From NCBI GenBank assembly GCA_905331295.1, contig CAJNYD010000510.1, forward strand, positions 22,984-86,983: a stretch of DNA of 64,000 nt, read 5' to 3'. Shown in pieces: positions 38,301 to 53,358 of the stretch. This stretch comes from Rotaria socialis (Eukaryota). A model generated the notes under the pieces. The model made no database searches, was not told where the DNA came from, and saw only the letters and a program-made list of their open reading frames with translations. The translations under genes were made by a program, and so were the position numbers. Each line of letters opens with the position of its first letter. The stretch's first letter is position 1.

Positions 38301-40954
38301 AAATTGGAGATTTAAGTTTAAAAAGTTCTCATGCGTTTATTGATGAAATATGCAAACAAATTAAAAGTACGGTCTCTGAAATTGCTAATGAATATTTTCT
38401 TATGAATGAACAGGTAAGATTTGAAAAGAAATTTATTCTTATTTACAATTGATAGTCTTTTGCTTATTGATCTTCTGCATTGCGTTGATATGAGAATATA
38501 CTGTTCAGAAAATCTATATACGTTTTTTTTTATTGTTGTCTACCTATGATTACATATCTATCGGAGAATTGCTTATTATAGTTTAGTTTTCATTAGCAAA
38601 AAAAGAATATAAAGTTTAGTATCTCTATATAAGCAGAGATTGAGATCGAACTTCTAGAACTTAAACACATAATCACCACGGAGTAATTCGATGCGTGCAA
38701 ATTTTTAAGATCTTGCAGTGTGTATTCGTACAGAATTCAAACAAACTGTTTATCCGAATGATGGTTTTCTAATAGAATTCTATTTTCATTTTAGCTTTTA
38801 CCGAAAAATGCAGTTATATCTCGTCTACGGAAAAAGGCACCAGCTGAACAATTATCTAAGAAACATAGCTCGTCATCTAAACATGATACAAGCACTGGCC
38901 AAAACGGTACACCGGTTAAAATACCACTGCCAGGTGATGAGTCACGTCGATCAAATCGTCGTGATATGACCAAAACAGATAAATTAATGATGGTACTCAA
39001 TGAACTATGCTTTTCTATATCCTATCGAAAACAAATAACAATATGGGAACATAAATTTTTACCAAATGAATATTTAATATCACATTTAGAAAATCGTTTT
39101 AATAAATCTCTATCCGAAATGGTTAATTATCGTCCACCGGCTATGGAAATAGCTAAACCATCAGAATTATTATCATCGGTGGAATCCTATATGGATATTT
39201 TAACATTAGTTGAATCTCATTGCCAGATAGATACGACAAGAATATTTAATGAAGTTCTATTACAACAAAGTCAACCATTAGATAGTGCAGGAAATGAAAC
39301 AATAACATCTTTATATACACATTGGTTTCTTGAAGTACTTGTGAAACGCATCACCATGGGTACTATTGTTTATTCGCCTATTCGTCGATCATTTGTTAGT
39401 ATTCATCAACAAGATTTAACATTACCATTTGATCCTGAAGAATATGCTTCATTTAATGAATTAAGAGCATTGGTGGAATTAATTAAGCCATGTAAGATTT
39501 ATAGTTATATATTTCAATTAACAATTAGCAGAAAGGTTCATGTCGGTTTGATAGTGAAGATATTTTCTTAGAAACTGGAGTAAAAGAAAAAATAGAAGTC
39601 AACTGATAATTAAGTTTCATAAGATTAAAATCAAACCAGTCTATTGTAGATTGAATGACTGAAATTTTTTTATAAGGTGAAAAACAAATACAAGCTTTGA
39701 GAGCTTTTAAAAAATGCATAATCGTACCTATGAAGACTGAGCTCTGAATGGAAGTTTAGTTGGATTAGAAGCTATTTAATCGCAGATAAATTCTTTCAAT
39801 TCAAGAAGAGAATCACTTTTATTTTGAACTCATAGTTAAATTTGTGGTTAACTATCGCTGTAGCGTTAAGTTATAACTATAAGTGTGTTGAGAAAAAAAG
39901 AAATGCAGTTACCAAAGAAGCTCTTAATATATATATATATATCCAATGGCGATTAACTAAAAATATTTCTTCTATAATTTTATTGCTTTTTTCCTTTGAA
40001 GACGGTTGTAAATATTTATGTGAAATGATTCTTTATCGTTGTGTACAACAAATAAATGAAATTCGAAAATTAACTCATAGTCAACGTGATCTATTAAATA
40101 ATCTTCGTATCAATTTCGATAAACCAGCTCAAATGAAACTTTATTTAAAACAACTTGAACATGTCGATTTACTTCTGCAACGTGTCATATTAATTGGCGT
40201 TTTATTACAATTAAAAAGTCTTATCGAAGACGCTCTTGAAGATGTTCTATGTAAACGTATGCCATTTCTAATGGTAACATTAGAACATTTTTATTCTCAA
40301 TATAAAACAACAACATTTTCAAATGATCCTCAACATCATTTACTTATCAATGAAATGATTTCATCAACAGGTACATCGACAATAATCGATTCAACATTAT
40401 GTCAAGCATTAATCAATCAGAAAAATTCTATGAATAACAATAACACAACTACATCGGATCAAACACCATCCATCAATGAATCCGACGAATATATACTTTC
40501 ATGTTTAATTATGGTTTATATAGCTGTTGCATTGCCACGTTTAGCAAGACTTGAATCAACGAAATATATAGTTGCATTAGATGCCCACGCGAATAATTGC
40601 CATTGTTTGATACGTGCAATAAATACATTAATAACAACATTCTTTTTTGAACATGGTCAACGACATATTGAAGATCGTTGTAAAGAATTTCTTGCATTAG
40701 CCTCATCGAGTTTATTGCGTTTAATCGATGTTGATAGCGGACAAAATAATAAATATTCCAGTACAAGTAACAACTCAACATCGAATAATTCCAATGGTTT
40801 ATCGAATGATATTATACATAAAGAAGCGACATATATACTGCTCGAACAATTCGTTAATCAATGTCCATATTTAACACGTGATTTACTTGAAACATGTTTT
40901 CCATCGAGTGTTTTACGTAATGCTTTTTTTATTATTTCAAGTAATATCGAATGA
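35318..40954 (+). CDS. NCKAP1: Nck-associated protein 1 / Hem (WAVE complex subunit); multi-exon
   Basis: [80 protein letters not shown] and LLETCFP. Confidence 0.95.
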
Positions 40955-42515
40955 AAGAAAAGCTTCTGTCAGATAACCTAAATCATATTGCTTGTTTTTT
41001 TTTCGTTTGTATAATAATAATCATCAGCTTATTTGTTAGATATTTGTTGTGTTGTTTCCTTTTTCTTTTTGACGTGTATTCTATCTTATTGGCTTCTTTT
41101 TTATACTTACATGTATACAATACATCTTATTTAAATATCGATAAACAATACTCAGGCGATTTGAAAACAATGGATTATCCCATTCTTTTATTTTTTTTGT
41201 TAACATGAGAGAACTGATAAAAAGATGCAAAGTTTATGTGAGAAATACTTCGAGCTTTGCTTTTATCGACTAGAATTATCATAAATGAACAAAAAAGAAC
41301 AGCGAGAAAATATCGATTATTGACACTAAGATAAAAACAAGTTGTTCATTCTGCAACAAAAGACAAGAAATGATAAAATGCTAATGCTTATATACTAATC
41401 TAGAAATCTTAGTGTCGATTAAAAAATTCTTATTTTTAGATAATACGTAGATTTCAGTGGAATGAACAAAGTCTTAAGATTATTCGAATCGACAATCTTC
41501 TTGGACCGAAATCTTAATATAACATTCTCTCTATCGTTCGTCATCAGTATAGGATCTTCTTCTTTTCTTCTACTATATATTAGCTTTATTATTTAACAGA
41601 GAAGGTGTCAAGATTGTTGATATGACAAGTGTATGTCTGACATCTAGAACACCGCAAGGAAAATCATGAATTTAATTTATCGGAAGTTGTCTTTTTACTT
41701 AACGAATAAATCTGAGTTTCGATTGAAGAGATTTTTATTGAATATCGTACATATGAACGGTGACTTTTTCAGTTTGAAGATATATCTACTCTTTCTCTGA
41801 AATTCTTCGATCGAATTAAAAATCAGCTAACGGAAAATTCGAATGTCTACCTAGTTAAGTTATTCACAACGTGACTTCAATATATCGATTTTATATGTTG
41901 AGCGCTGTCAGAAGATCCGAGACAATTATTTTAGCAATTGTTTAACCGGCAACATATGTCCCGTAGTAACGTTATTATATTCTGGTATATACTAGCTCTT
42001 GTGAGAATAATACCTGATGAATCATTATCGACGACGAAACCAAATTTTTGACTACTCTTCTATTCTCGCTCTACAGGTATTGTTGCTTGTAAAACGTACT
42101 GTTGGATATCACAGAGATTAGTTTCTATACTGTAAACGAATCAAAAAATGAGTTACTTCGTTTTCTGATCGTTCAATACAAAAATTCTAAAGATTCTCCA
42201 TTCTGTCAAGTTCGTATAGAATTGACGAGCTTATTTTTTAGATACTTTCAAAGAAACGATGATTTATGTGAGACCACCGGGCGGATTCAGATAAGAATAT
42301 AAAGTAGTTTAGAAACATTCAGTCAACTATTGTATGGATTGACACAGGAAACAAATCCGTACATACTGTGCATTTGTGTAAAATGAATAAAACATTGCAA
42401 AAAAAAAGCAATATTTATTCTTTTTTTACGTCCTCAGTGACCCAATATATACAACGTGTTTTTCTTCCTTCTCATAGATGAAATAATCACGACATAGACA
42501 TTCATACAATTGAAT

Positions 42516-44765
42516 ATGTCTGCACCATTTTTCGATACATTACCTGTTGAAATTCTTTACCGCCTATTTGATAATCTCGACGCTCAAACTATTCTTATAT
42601 CACTTCGTTATGTTTCCAAACGCTTTTATTTAACAACAAATACATATAATCGATATAATTTTAATTTTAAATCAATAGCTAAACCTTATTTTCATCTCAT
42701 CTGTCAAATTATACCATCGGAAAATGTCATTTCACTTACGCTATCGGACGAAGATAAAACACGCGGTCAAATTCAATTATTTTTGGCATTATTTCATATT
42801 GAACAATTTACTAGACTTCAATCACTAACTCTTCTTGAAATTAGCGAAACTTATCTAAATATATTTTCAAAATATATTATTTCTTCGTCATTAAAATCTG
42901 TTGCGATTAGTACACAGATTGTAAATAATCGTGAAAAAATAACTTCATCTCTCCTATCATCGGCTATTGGACATCATAGTATTCAAAATCTTGATTTGAG
43001 TATATGGGCTAAAGATTGGAGAAATCTACAATGGCCTATCAATTGTACATTGAAATATCTTCGATTCGTAAACACTATAACAATAAAACAATTTCGTCTT
43101 ATTCTTCGGCAGTTTTCTAATTTACGAACTCTTACTTTAAAACAAATTGATGCATCCGATAATGAAAATTATTCCCATGATATATCATGTTCACAATTGT
43201 CATCGCTGATATTCGAAGATGGTTTTATAGAAGTAAAAATACTTGAAAAATGTATTTCATTAACACCTTCATTAACTTACTTGCGATTAAGTGGTACTGG
43301 ATCCTTATTTAATTCATCATTCGATGGTTTTCAATGGGAAAACTTAATTCAAACAAAACTAAATTGTTTGGAAAAGTTTGAATTTTTCCTTCATATTCTA
43401 ACGCCTAGTAATTATCGTTCTCGTAATATAGAAATTCTTGTCAACTCATTTCGAACATCATTTTGGATCAATCGTATGAATTGCGCTATAACTTGTGATT
43501 ATATTACTAATTCACATAAAATTATATTATATACTCTACCCATATGTACAACTCGTTTTATGTACCTTGTTGATTTTAAGAAGATTTCCTCATCAAATTT
43601 TACAAGACAAATCAATCAACAAGATATGGATCATGTACAGAAATTACAAATACAATTAACCAAAGATATAAATTTCATATCAAAAGAAAAAGTAACAAAT
43701 TCTTTTGCAGACAATTATTCTAATGCTACCTAATTTTGAAAAGCATGATTTCTATATACGATCGACTGTAGACTTTATGTATTATTTTAAACAAATTCAC
43801 ATCATCTTTTTGAAGATATGTTACTTCCGTAAAACCTAAATTAGCAGTGAAGTAGCATATTGTTGGTTCACTTGTATCAGAATTTAATACATGAATTGTA
43901 AAGAAATTCTCAAAAAAAAACCTAAATTAGAAAGTTGACTAATTTGTTTAAAATAAAAAAAATTGGTATTTCGTTTTTTGATTGGTGTAAAACCAAGGGA
44001 AACAGATTATGATGTAGCACTAAGACGTACAAAAATATGTTGACAATTAACTTCATAGAGAGACGTATTTATTTTTGAAGATATTTGTCATGCGTTTCAT
44101 ACAGAAAGATATTATTTTTTTTATAGCCTATCACATAGAAATCCTTTTTTCAAGACAATGCTTTATCTAGTATCTGGATAAATGTTTATTTTTGTATAGC
44201 TAGCTGTACTACTAATCATATTGAATAAAATGTTATTTTTTCTTAGAATGAATCATCTAATCCTGTTTTATTTCGTAATGTTACAAATCTTACAATTGAA
44301 AACAACGGCGAATGGCCACAAGCTTCATTACAATTTCTTTCGACGATTTGTGATCTCGCGCGTATGACAAAACTATCGTTATCTGTTAACTTTACTCCTG
44401 AAAATATGTCAAACACTGTTACAAATATAAGTCTATTATTTGAAAAAACCCTCAATCTTCGTTCATTATTATTATTCGATTATTGGGCTGCAGATAATTG
44501 TATGAAACGTATGAAAACAATATGTTCAATCATATCTCCTAATATCAAACATTTGAAAATTCGTGTGAAAAATATCGATGATATTAAATATATTCTTGAA
44601 CATCTTGAACATTTAACAAGTGTAACTTTTGAATATGCACAAATCTTAACAATAAATCGTGAAGATTTTATTGAATTTTTAGCAACGTTAACAAGAATTT
44701 CATCACTATGGGATAGTCAATATGCTTTATATGTCTGGCTTGGAAATAAGAAAAACATTTTCTAG
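42516..44765 (+). CDS. F-box domain protein with an LRR-like C-terminal region
   Basis: N-terminal FDTLPVEILYRLFDNLD..SLRYVSKRF and repeated LxxLxL motifs. A phase-0 intron 43692-44246 joins the 44364..44765 frame. Confidence 0.85.
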
Positions 44766-45025
44766 GAAATATTTTCTGTTTAATTTATTTATTTTACATA
44801 AATAAAAAGTCTCTATTGAAAGCACGAAAGAGATCTCCACTCACATCGTTTTGAGAAACTCATTAATCAATCATTTATATAAAAATTCACAGAGAAAAAG
44901 GCGCGCTAACACATTAAGTAGTTTACAATAAATCTAGACAAAACCAGTCATTTAATCAAACCAAACATCATCGGAATTTTTTGTTCTGTCTATTGTTTTT
45001 TGAAAAAAACTCATCTCATCTTATC

Positions 45026-47104
<2,079 letters not shown>

Positions 47105-47198
47105 ACATTATTTATGATTTTTATTATTATTTTCTCTGCATGTGATTTTATGTCGTCTGTTTTACTCTCTAAGTGAAAAGATAAAATAAAATTGAGTT

Positions 47199-47891
47199 TT
47201 AAACTAATGCATTTCTATTAGGTCTTAATGTTTGACTTTTCGTATTTCATCAATAAGCCATGGTTGGGCATAATATGGTCGAGTTGGAACATCTGCTGAT
47301 GTACCATAACGAGCACGAAACGCTCGTGGATCACTTTCGGCTCCTTTTTCCGTAAAAGCAAGTTTAACACCGGGTTTAGCTCGATTTTCACGTATAATTA
47401 ATGTTGGTTCAGGAGCATTGATATTCGTTCGAGTCAGATGATATTCTGGCGTGCACCAATAATCGGTTCCTACAGATTGTCATAGAAATAAGAGGAGAAG
47501 AAGAAGATGATGAGAAAAATTAGAGCAAGATATCAAACCTAAAGGAAAATGTGTTTCGTATTGTTGAGGATAAGCAGGTACATTAACTGGCCTATAGAAA
47601 GAAAAACAAATAATACAATCCTCTTCGTTATCCGATCAATGTAGAAAGATTTTAGCTAAAATTACCAAGGATCAAGTCCAACTTGTGCAACATATGGCTG
47701 AAGATGAGCTTGATTAGGCAAATAGGTAGGTGGTGCTCCATATCCTATAATGATTTTGTAATAATACAAGAGCTTGTTTCGACAACAAAAAAACAAATTA
47801 ATGAATATCTACCAGGAAATGGTGGTGTTGGATTGTTGTTATAATACATAAAAGTATCTAGCATATTTGGAACTCGTGTTCGGTCCACCAT
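47199..47891 (-). CDS. Uncharacterised Pro/Tyr-rich small protein, four exons (further 5' exons possible)
   Basis: MVDRTRVPNMLDTFMYY..PPFPG|YGAPPTYLP..DPW|PVNVPAYPQQYETHFPL|GTDYWCTPEYH..RNALV*, with ~55-75 bp GT-AG introns. Confidence 0.7.
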
Positions 47892-50230
47892 GATGATCTT
47901 ACGAATGAAAACAGAAAAACAGAATAATATTTGATTGTTCTTCTATTCAGTCAGCTTTCTTTTTTTCTGTAGACATTTTAAAGGTAAAATACGTTGCTAT
48001 GGATTGATCATCATATTGGCGGAGGCTGTAGTAACTCGCATCTAATAACAACATACAGTAAAATCAATCATATTTTTTTTTTGAAGACAACAAGTTCATT
48101 TTCGACTATTGGAATAGTACGAGATCTTTTTTTTTTATCAATTTCATTGTCTGCCATTGTCTTTATCTTTGGAAAGATCATAATTGTCACTGTTGTATGT
48201 GATTGTAAGAAGAATATTCTTCTATGAGATTATGATACAATGTTAGATTCAAACTCAAAAAAAGATAACGTAAATTTATTTATGATCACTCAGTTTAAAA
48301 CAAAAGATTCTAAATTGCTATGAAATTTATGTTTTGTTTTCCCAGTAGGGATGTGACAATAAGTTTGACATATCGAAAGTATGTTCATAAATTCTAAAAC
48401 TCACATTCATAATGCAAATGAATTGGTTAATACGATGAAAAATATATGTTTACAAGCGTAAAATTTGATCGTATTGTTAAAAATTATTACAAGAGAAGAT
48501 TAGATCCAAAGAAAAAAAAATACATCTTGTAGCAAGTCAATCATTATTTTATTGTATAATTTGTATTGAACATTGCTATTTGTCATTATGCTAATATTGA
48601 GCATTCTATATGAAACATAACAATCATTTCTATTCTACAATAATCCTCAATGTCCCATCTGTCTCTTTTTCTTTCTCAATCAATAATTCATTTAATATTT
48701 TTACTGTACGTTCTACCAATCAAATAATATATTTAAGAGATCAACGCCTTTGAGAGCTTATGTTACTGTCTAATACTTCTCATTTATTCTTTCTATCTTT
48801 TTATTGTTAATACTTGTAACATGTCAATATTCTCTCTTTCTCTCTTCCACTTATTCACTCAGACTAATTTCTTTCTTGCTTCTTATTTAATCAACTTGTC
48901 GATCTCGATCTTATGTCTGTGTGTCTGCCTCTTTTCTAATAGTCATCGATTGGCGACAAGAAATGAAAGCAAGTGAACGAGCAAGTTACTGGATCGGAAA
49001 TAAGAAGGAGAAAAAAGACGAAGAAGAAGAAAACGCATAAATATAGTTAGAAAAAAGAGGCGTTCACTTTAGCTTGCATTCTTTTTATTGTATGTGTATG
49101 TGTGCGTGAAATATTGATGATGCGTAAAATCGTTTCGGCAGTGTGAATACGCGCTTGCGCTTTCTTGTCAAGTGTAGAAAGACACTCGAACAGGCTTCTT
49201 AAACAAGAAGATGCTTATTTCCGTTTCACGCACATTCAACATAAAACGTAATTATGTGTATATATATATATGAGTGTGTTCAATAGAATAACTACTGCTT
49301 CAATGTGAGTAATCAACATCTGGCATCGGACATGAGATCAATCATATTTAGCTCTTTCTTGTTTTGTCCAAGCCAGGTGTGATGCGTAGATTGTCTTGAA
49401 ACAATTTTAGGGTTCTCGATTCGTTTTTTTCTGCGTCTTCAACGTCTAGAACTAGCTTTTGACTGTATATTCTCTCTCTCTCTCTCTCTCTCTCTACCCT
49501 TTCTTGTTCTCAATTTCTGCCTCTGTCGCCTTCTATCCGTCTAATCGATACACTGCACGGTCAGTATGTGTGATCGGTGATAGCACATATATCGACAAGA
49601 TGGCAAAAATCAACAGAATGCCACACTTTGCATGTTATTCTTTTGGTTTATTGCGATGACGCGTGTCTCTACATATGACTCAATTTCAAGACTATATAGT
49701 TCTTTCTGAATCTATATGCAAACCATTACTTATGAGACAAGTATTTAAGTCTATAGACAAAATGTTTAAATATTTTAAGTTTTGTTTTAAACTTTAAACT
49801 CTTTGGTAGATGTCTAAGAAGAAGAACAACAGCAACACGAACGGCACTTTTTTTAATACTGTCTTTTTCTCGATATTATATTATGGCATAAAAAAATAGG
49901 TACTATGATAGAGAGAGATATACACACTAGTGAAATAGTTTTGTTCGTTGTCCTGTTGCTACGTTATTTCTATGTCAGCCAGCAGAAATTGAGTGTCGTG
50001 ATGCCCTTTTCCCATTCACCTCTTACGATCATTAACACACATACCACGTCCGACATTTAAACTTGACGCAGAACAGTATATCTCACAAAGACGTATACTA
50101 GTGAGGTAAGTCGAACTAAAGTCATCGACAAAAGACACTTGTATAATCTATAATTGATTGTCTATAAAGGCAATCAGCTGATATCAGAATCATTCTCACA
50201 CATAGTAATATAAGAATCTAGTCATTTCAG

Positions 50231-51492
50231 ATGTCATTTAATTGGTCAGCATCCTCAAATCCATTGTTTACTGGTATTAAACCAGCAACTACAAATAGTT
50301 TTGCGGATGCACTTAAACGACTTGCGGAGCATGTTGAACAAAAAAACAAAAGTAGTAAATCAATATGGCAGACGATTCATATTAATAAATTTGATTTATT
50401 CTTTAGTAGATGCAAGTAATGGTGGAACTTCTAGTCTTGTTCAATTGTCAACAGATTTTTCTAATCGAATGATTCCATGCCATGTAAATAATTCAACGTT
50501 GCCCGAAGAAACATTACGTTTGTGTACCCAATATGTCCACGAGGTACTTACTAAGAATGTGTGTCAGCAATACCAACGAACATCTTTTGATTCTAGGCTG
50601 AAAGAAGAGAAGATATACGACGACGTTATCTTCGAACTTATGGTACACCTCATAATTCAAATATCAATACACCTCCATTGAGCAGGTGCATAACAAAATA
50701 AATAAGCTCGACTGATAAAAACTATCTTTTATTTTATTGACAGGCGTCCTGATGTTACTGATCCATATCGGTTTATGGCACCCCATTTATCTAGTCTCCT
50801 TCATCCATCTGCATATTTACAATTACTTGCACAACAAACAAAGATATCACAAACATCACAATTTTTATTACCAACTATTAACAAAACTGATGTGACACCA
50901 CGGTACAGTATACTTGGTTTATCTGTGAAGGAAAAAAACTAGTTGAATCCAATCTGTCTTTTAGCATTCCAATACAAGAAAAGATTCAGAAAAGATTGTC
51001 CGAGGTAAATGTGTCGATTTTACGATTAGAATGAAAATAAATTCTTCTTTCTATTAGCAGCCATCAGAAATTTCAAAACCAAAATTAAAACTTTTTCGAC
51101 CTTACGACCTTGATGATAGTCCTACTTCAAAATCTCATCAAACCTCACCATCTTCACCATCGGCTACCACCAATAAGAAATCAACTTCATCTCCCTTGTC
51201 ATGCTCCAATAGCAATTCAACCATATCTGATGAATCACAAACAACAACACCGTCTGGTAAAGAAAAGCAACTATTCAATTCATTAGGTCTGGTTCAACAA
51301 TCTACTGATTTAATACCTGAAACATCACCGCAATCGATAGCAATCGGCGAAGATGCAACATCGATGGACGATAATATTCTTTCTCATACAAAAGATTCAT
51401 CATCATTATCGATCACATATAAACGTAAATCAGTTTTCTCATCAAATCGAAAGCAATCAAAAATCAATAAAATAAACAATACAGTGGAATAA
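50231..51492 (+). CDS. Low-complexity protein, possibly GSE1-like; multi-exon
   Basis: N-terminal SFADALKRLAEHVE resembles the GSE1 SFAAALRKLA motif (from memory). It also has an LFRPY motif and a Ser/Pro-rich last exon. Internal exon boundaries are approximate. Confidence 0.55.
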
Positions 51493-52489
51493 TTTAAGAG
51501 TCAATTTGTTTTTCTTCGTTTCTTGCGAGTTCAATTTAAATTTGTTTCTTCTCTTTTTTGTTTACATTTCTTCGTTGATCCTGTTTCAATGTATAAAAAC
51601 AAGAAAACATTAATTAATGATAATAAAACTAATTAATTCTAAAAAAATCAAGCAAATCTACTAATCGTAATCCAAAGGGATCGATAAATTTTATTTGATG
51701 TATGATATTGATTCGAGTTCACATAAATTCTCAAAAACGATTGCAGTTGAAACTACTCAGGAGTAATCGTTCATGTTGATGTTTATTCCTTATCATCTTT
51801 TATTTTACCATAATCAAATTTCATGCTAGTGTTACTACGACTGACAAATGAATTTTATGTCTATACCACATATGAATTATCCGGCTCAATGACAATCGGT
51901 TGAATCATTCTGATCAACTCTATTAATCATTAGTGCTTTGATCAACAAGAAAAGCAGCTAAACTGTATTAAAAATTAAAAATACACGCTGAATAATCTCT
52001 ATTATTACAAACAAGGTCAAGATTCATGGAACATTTTGTTCTTTGATCAGCTGAGGTAATTCCATATGTTACTCTGCAAAATGTAATAAGGTTCGATTGG
52101 GTGTAATTGTTTGGCTAAATAATCATTATGACGTCAGCTATTATCATAATCAAATAAATATATTTGCGTGTTTAACATGAGTGCTGTATCACGTTCATTT
52201 GATCTATATTGTGAGAAGTATTGATATTTATAAAAACATTGAGCATACATGAAATTGCTGCATAATCATCTGAGTAAATAACTGTAAATCCACGATTCGA
52301 TTCTTCCTTAACAAAATATATTGCCATAAGTAATTTCAGTAGTGGGCGATGGTTTAACTAGTTGAACTGAGTTTATGCAGAATATTTTCACTCGTAAGAG
52401 ATAATCTTGAGTAATCATGAGATGCCTAGTTCGAATTAGAATATAAATGGACACCCAACTGCATGGTATCAATTCGAAAATAAGTGATA

Positions 52490-52774
52490 GAAATAGATTT
52501 AGTTTTAGTTTTATATTTAGTTTAAAATGGAGTGGCCGTGGGTTGAGGGGGACTAATGGGTAGCTGTGGGTGTGGGTGTGAGTGAAGGGTACCCGGAAGG
52601 GGTGCAGGGGCGGGTATCCGGGATACTTCAAATGTGGTTGTGGGTGATGGATACCATGGAGAAGTGCTCAAATGTGGATGCGGATGAAGAGTATATATGT
52701 ATTTATATGTCGCATATATCGGAAAGTTAAACTAAAACTAAATCTATTCCTAGATTTAGTTTTAGTTTAACTTT
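52490..52774. repeat. Inverted-repeat element with a G-rich core and a perfect 24-bp hairpin
   Basis: aatagatttagttttagttt (~52492) pairs with aaactaaaactaaatctatt (~52729-52748). Arms 52723-52746 and 52751-52774 are perfectly complementary around a ttcc loop. Confidence 0.75.
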
Positions 52775-53358
52775 TTCTTTTCTCCATTTATATTCGAATT
52801 CGAATTAGACAGCTACTCTTCGTAGCTATACTGTAGTACTCCTTGAATCAAAGTGAGACATATTTCTGCACCACTACTGCGTTCTTTCATTGTTCTCGAA
52901 GAAACATAACTAATATCATTGATGATATCTCTTATTATTAAATATACTTCCTATGATGTTTCATCGTTTCTTGATGGGCATATTGATACGTTCATCTTCG
53001 GAACTTTATTTAAGTAACTCAACCTTGCCACTGGCCAAATATTTATATTCTAGAAAGAATAGCATCATCATGTATTCAGCAAGCCTATTGTTATCATTTT
53101 CTAAATTAGCCAAGCATTCTATTTATTTAGGATACGCTTTTATTTCAGTGTCGATAGGAAACACACACAAAGTACAGAAAATAACAGCTTGAGAACAAAT
53201 AAATAGGAAAAGATCAACGTAGTACAATTCCTGTTTCAATTTCAAATAGTACTTCTTTCTGAATAGAACCGCAAAAAAGCAATATGCAGTATTTGTACGA
53301 AATTAACTAACAGCGTCCATGAATGTTAGAAGGCATTTATTTCATTTTAATTACTGGT

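Noticed and set aside
40915..41208. Possible frameshift at the NCKAP1 end and overlapping hydrophobic ORF 40951..41208
   Set aside because: The last conserved motif is already encoded before the stop. The downstream ORF is T-rich 3'UTR-like sequence.
47993..48006. Possible RFX X-box (gttgctatggattg) between the Pro/Tyr-rich gene and its upstream region
   Set aside because: Only one half-site fits the consensus.
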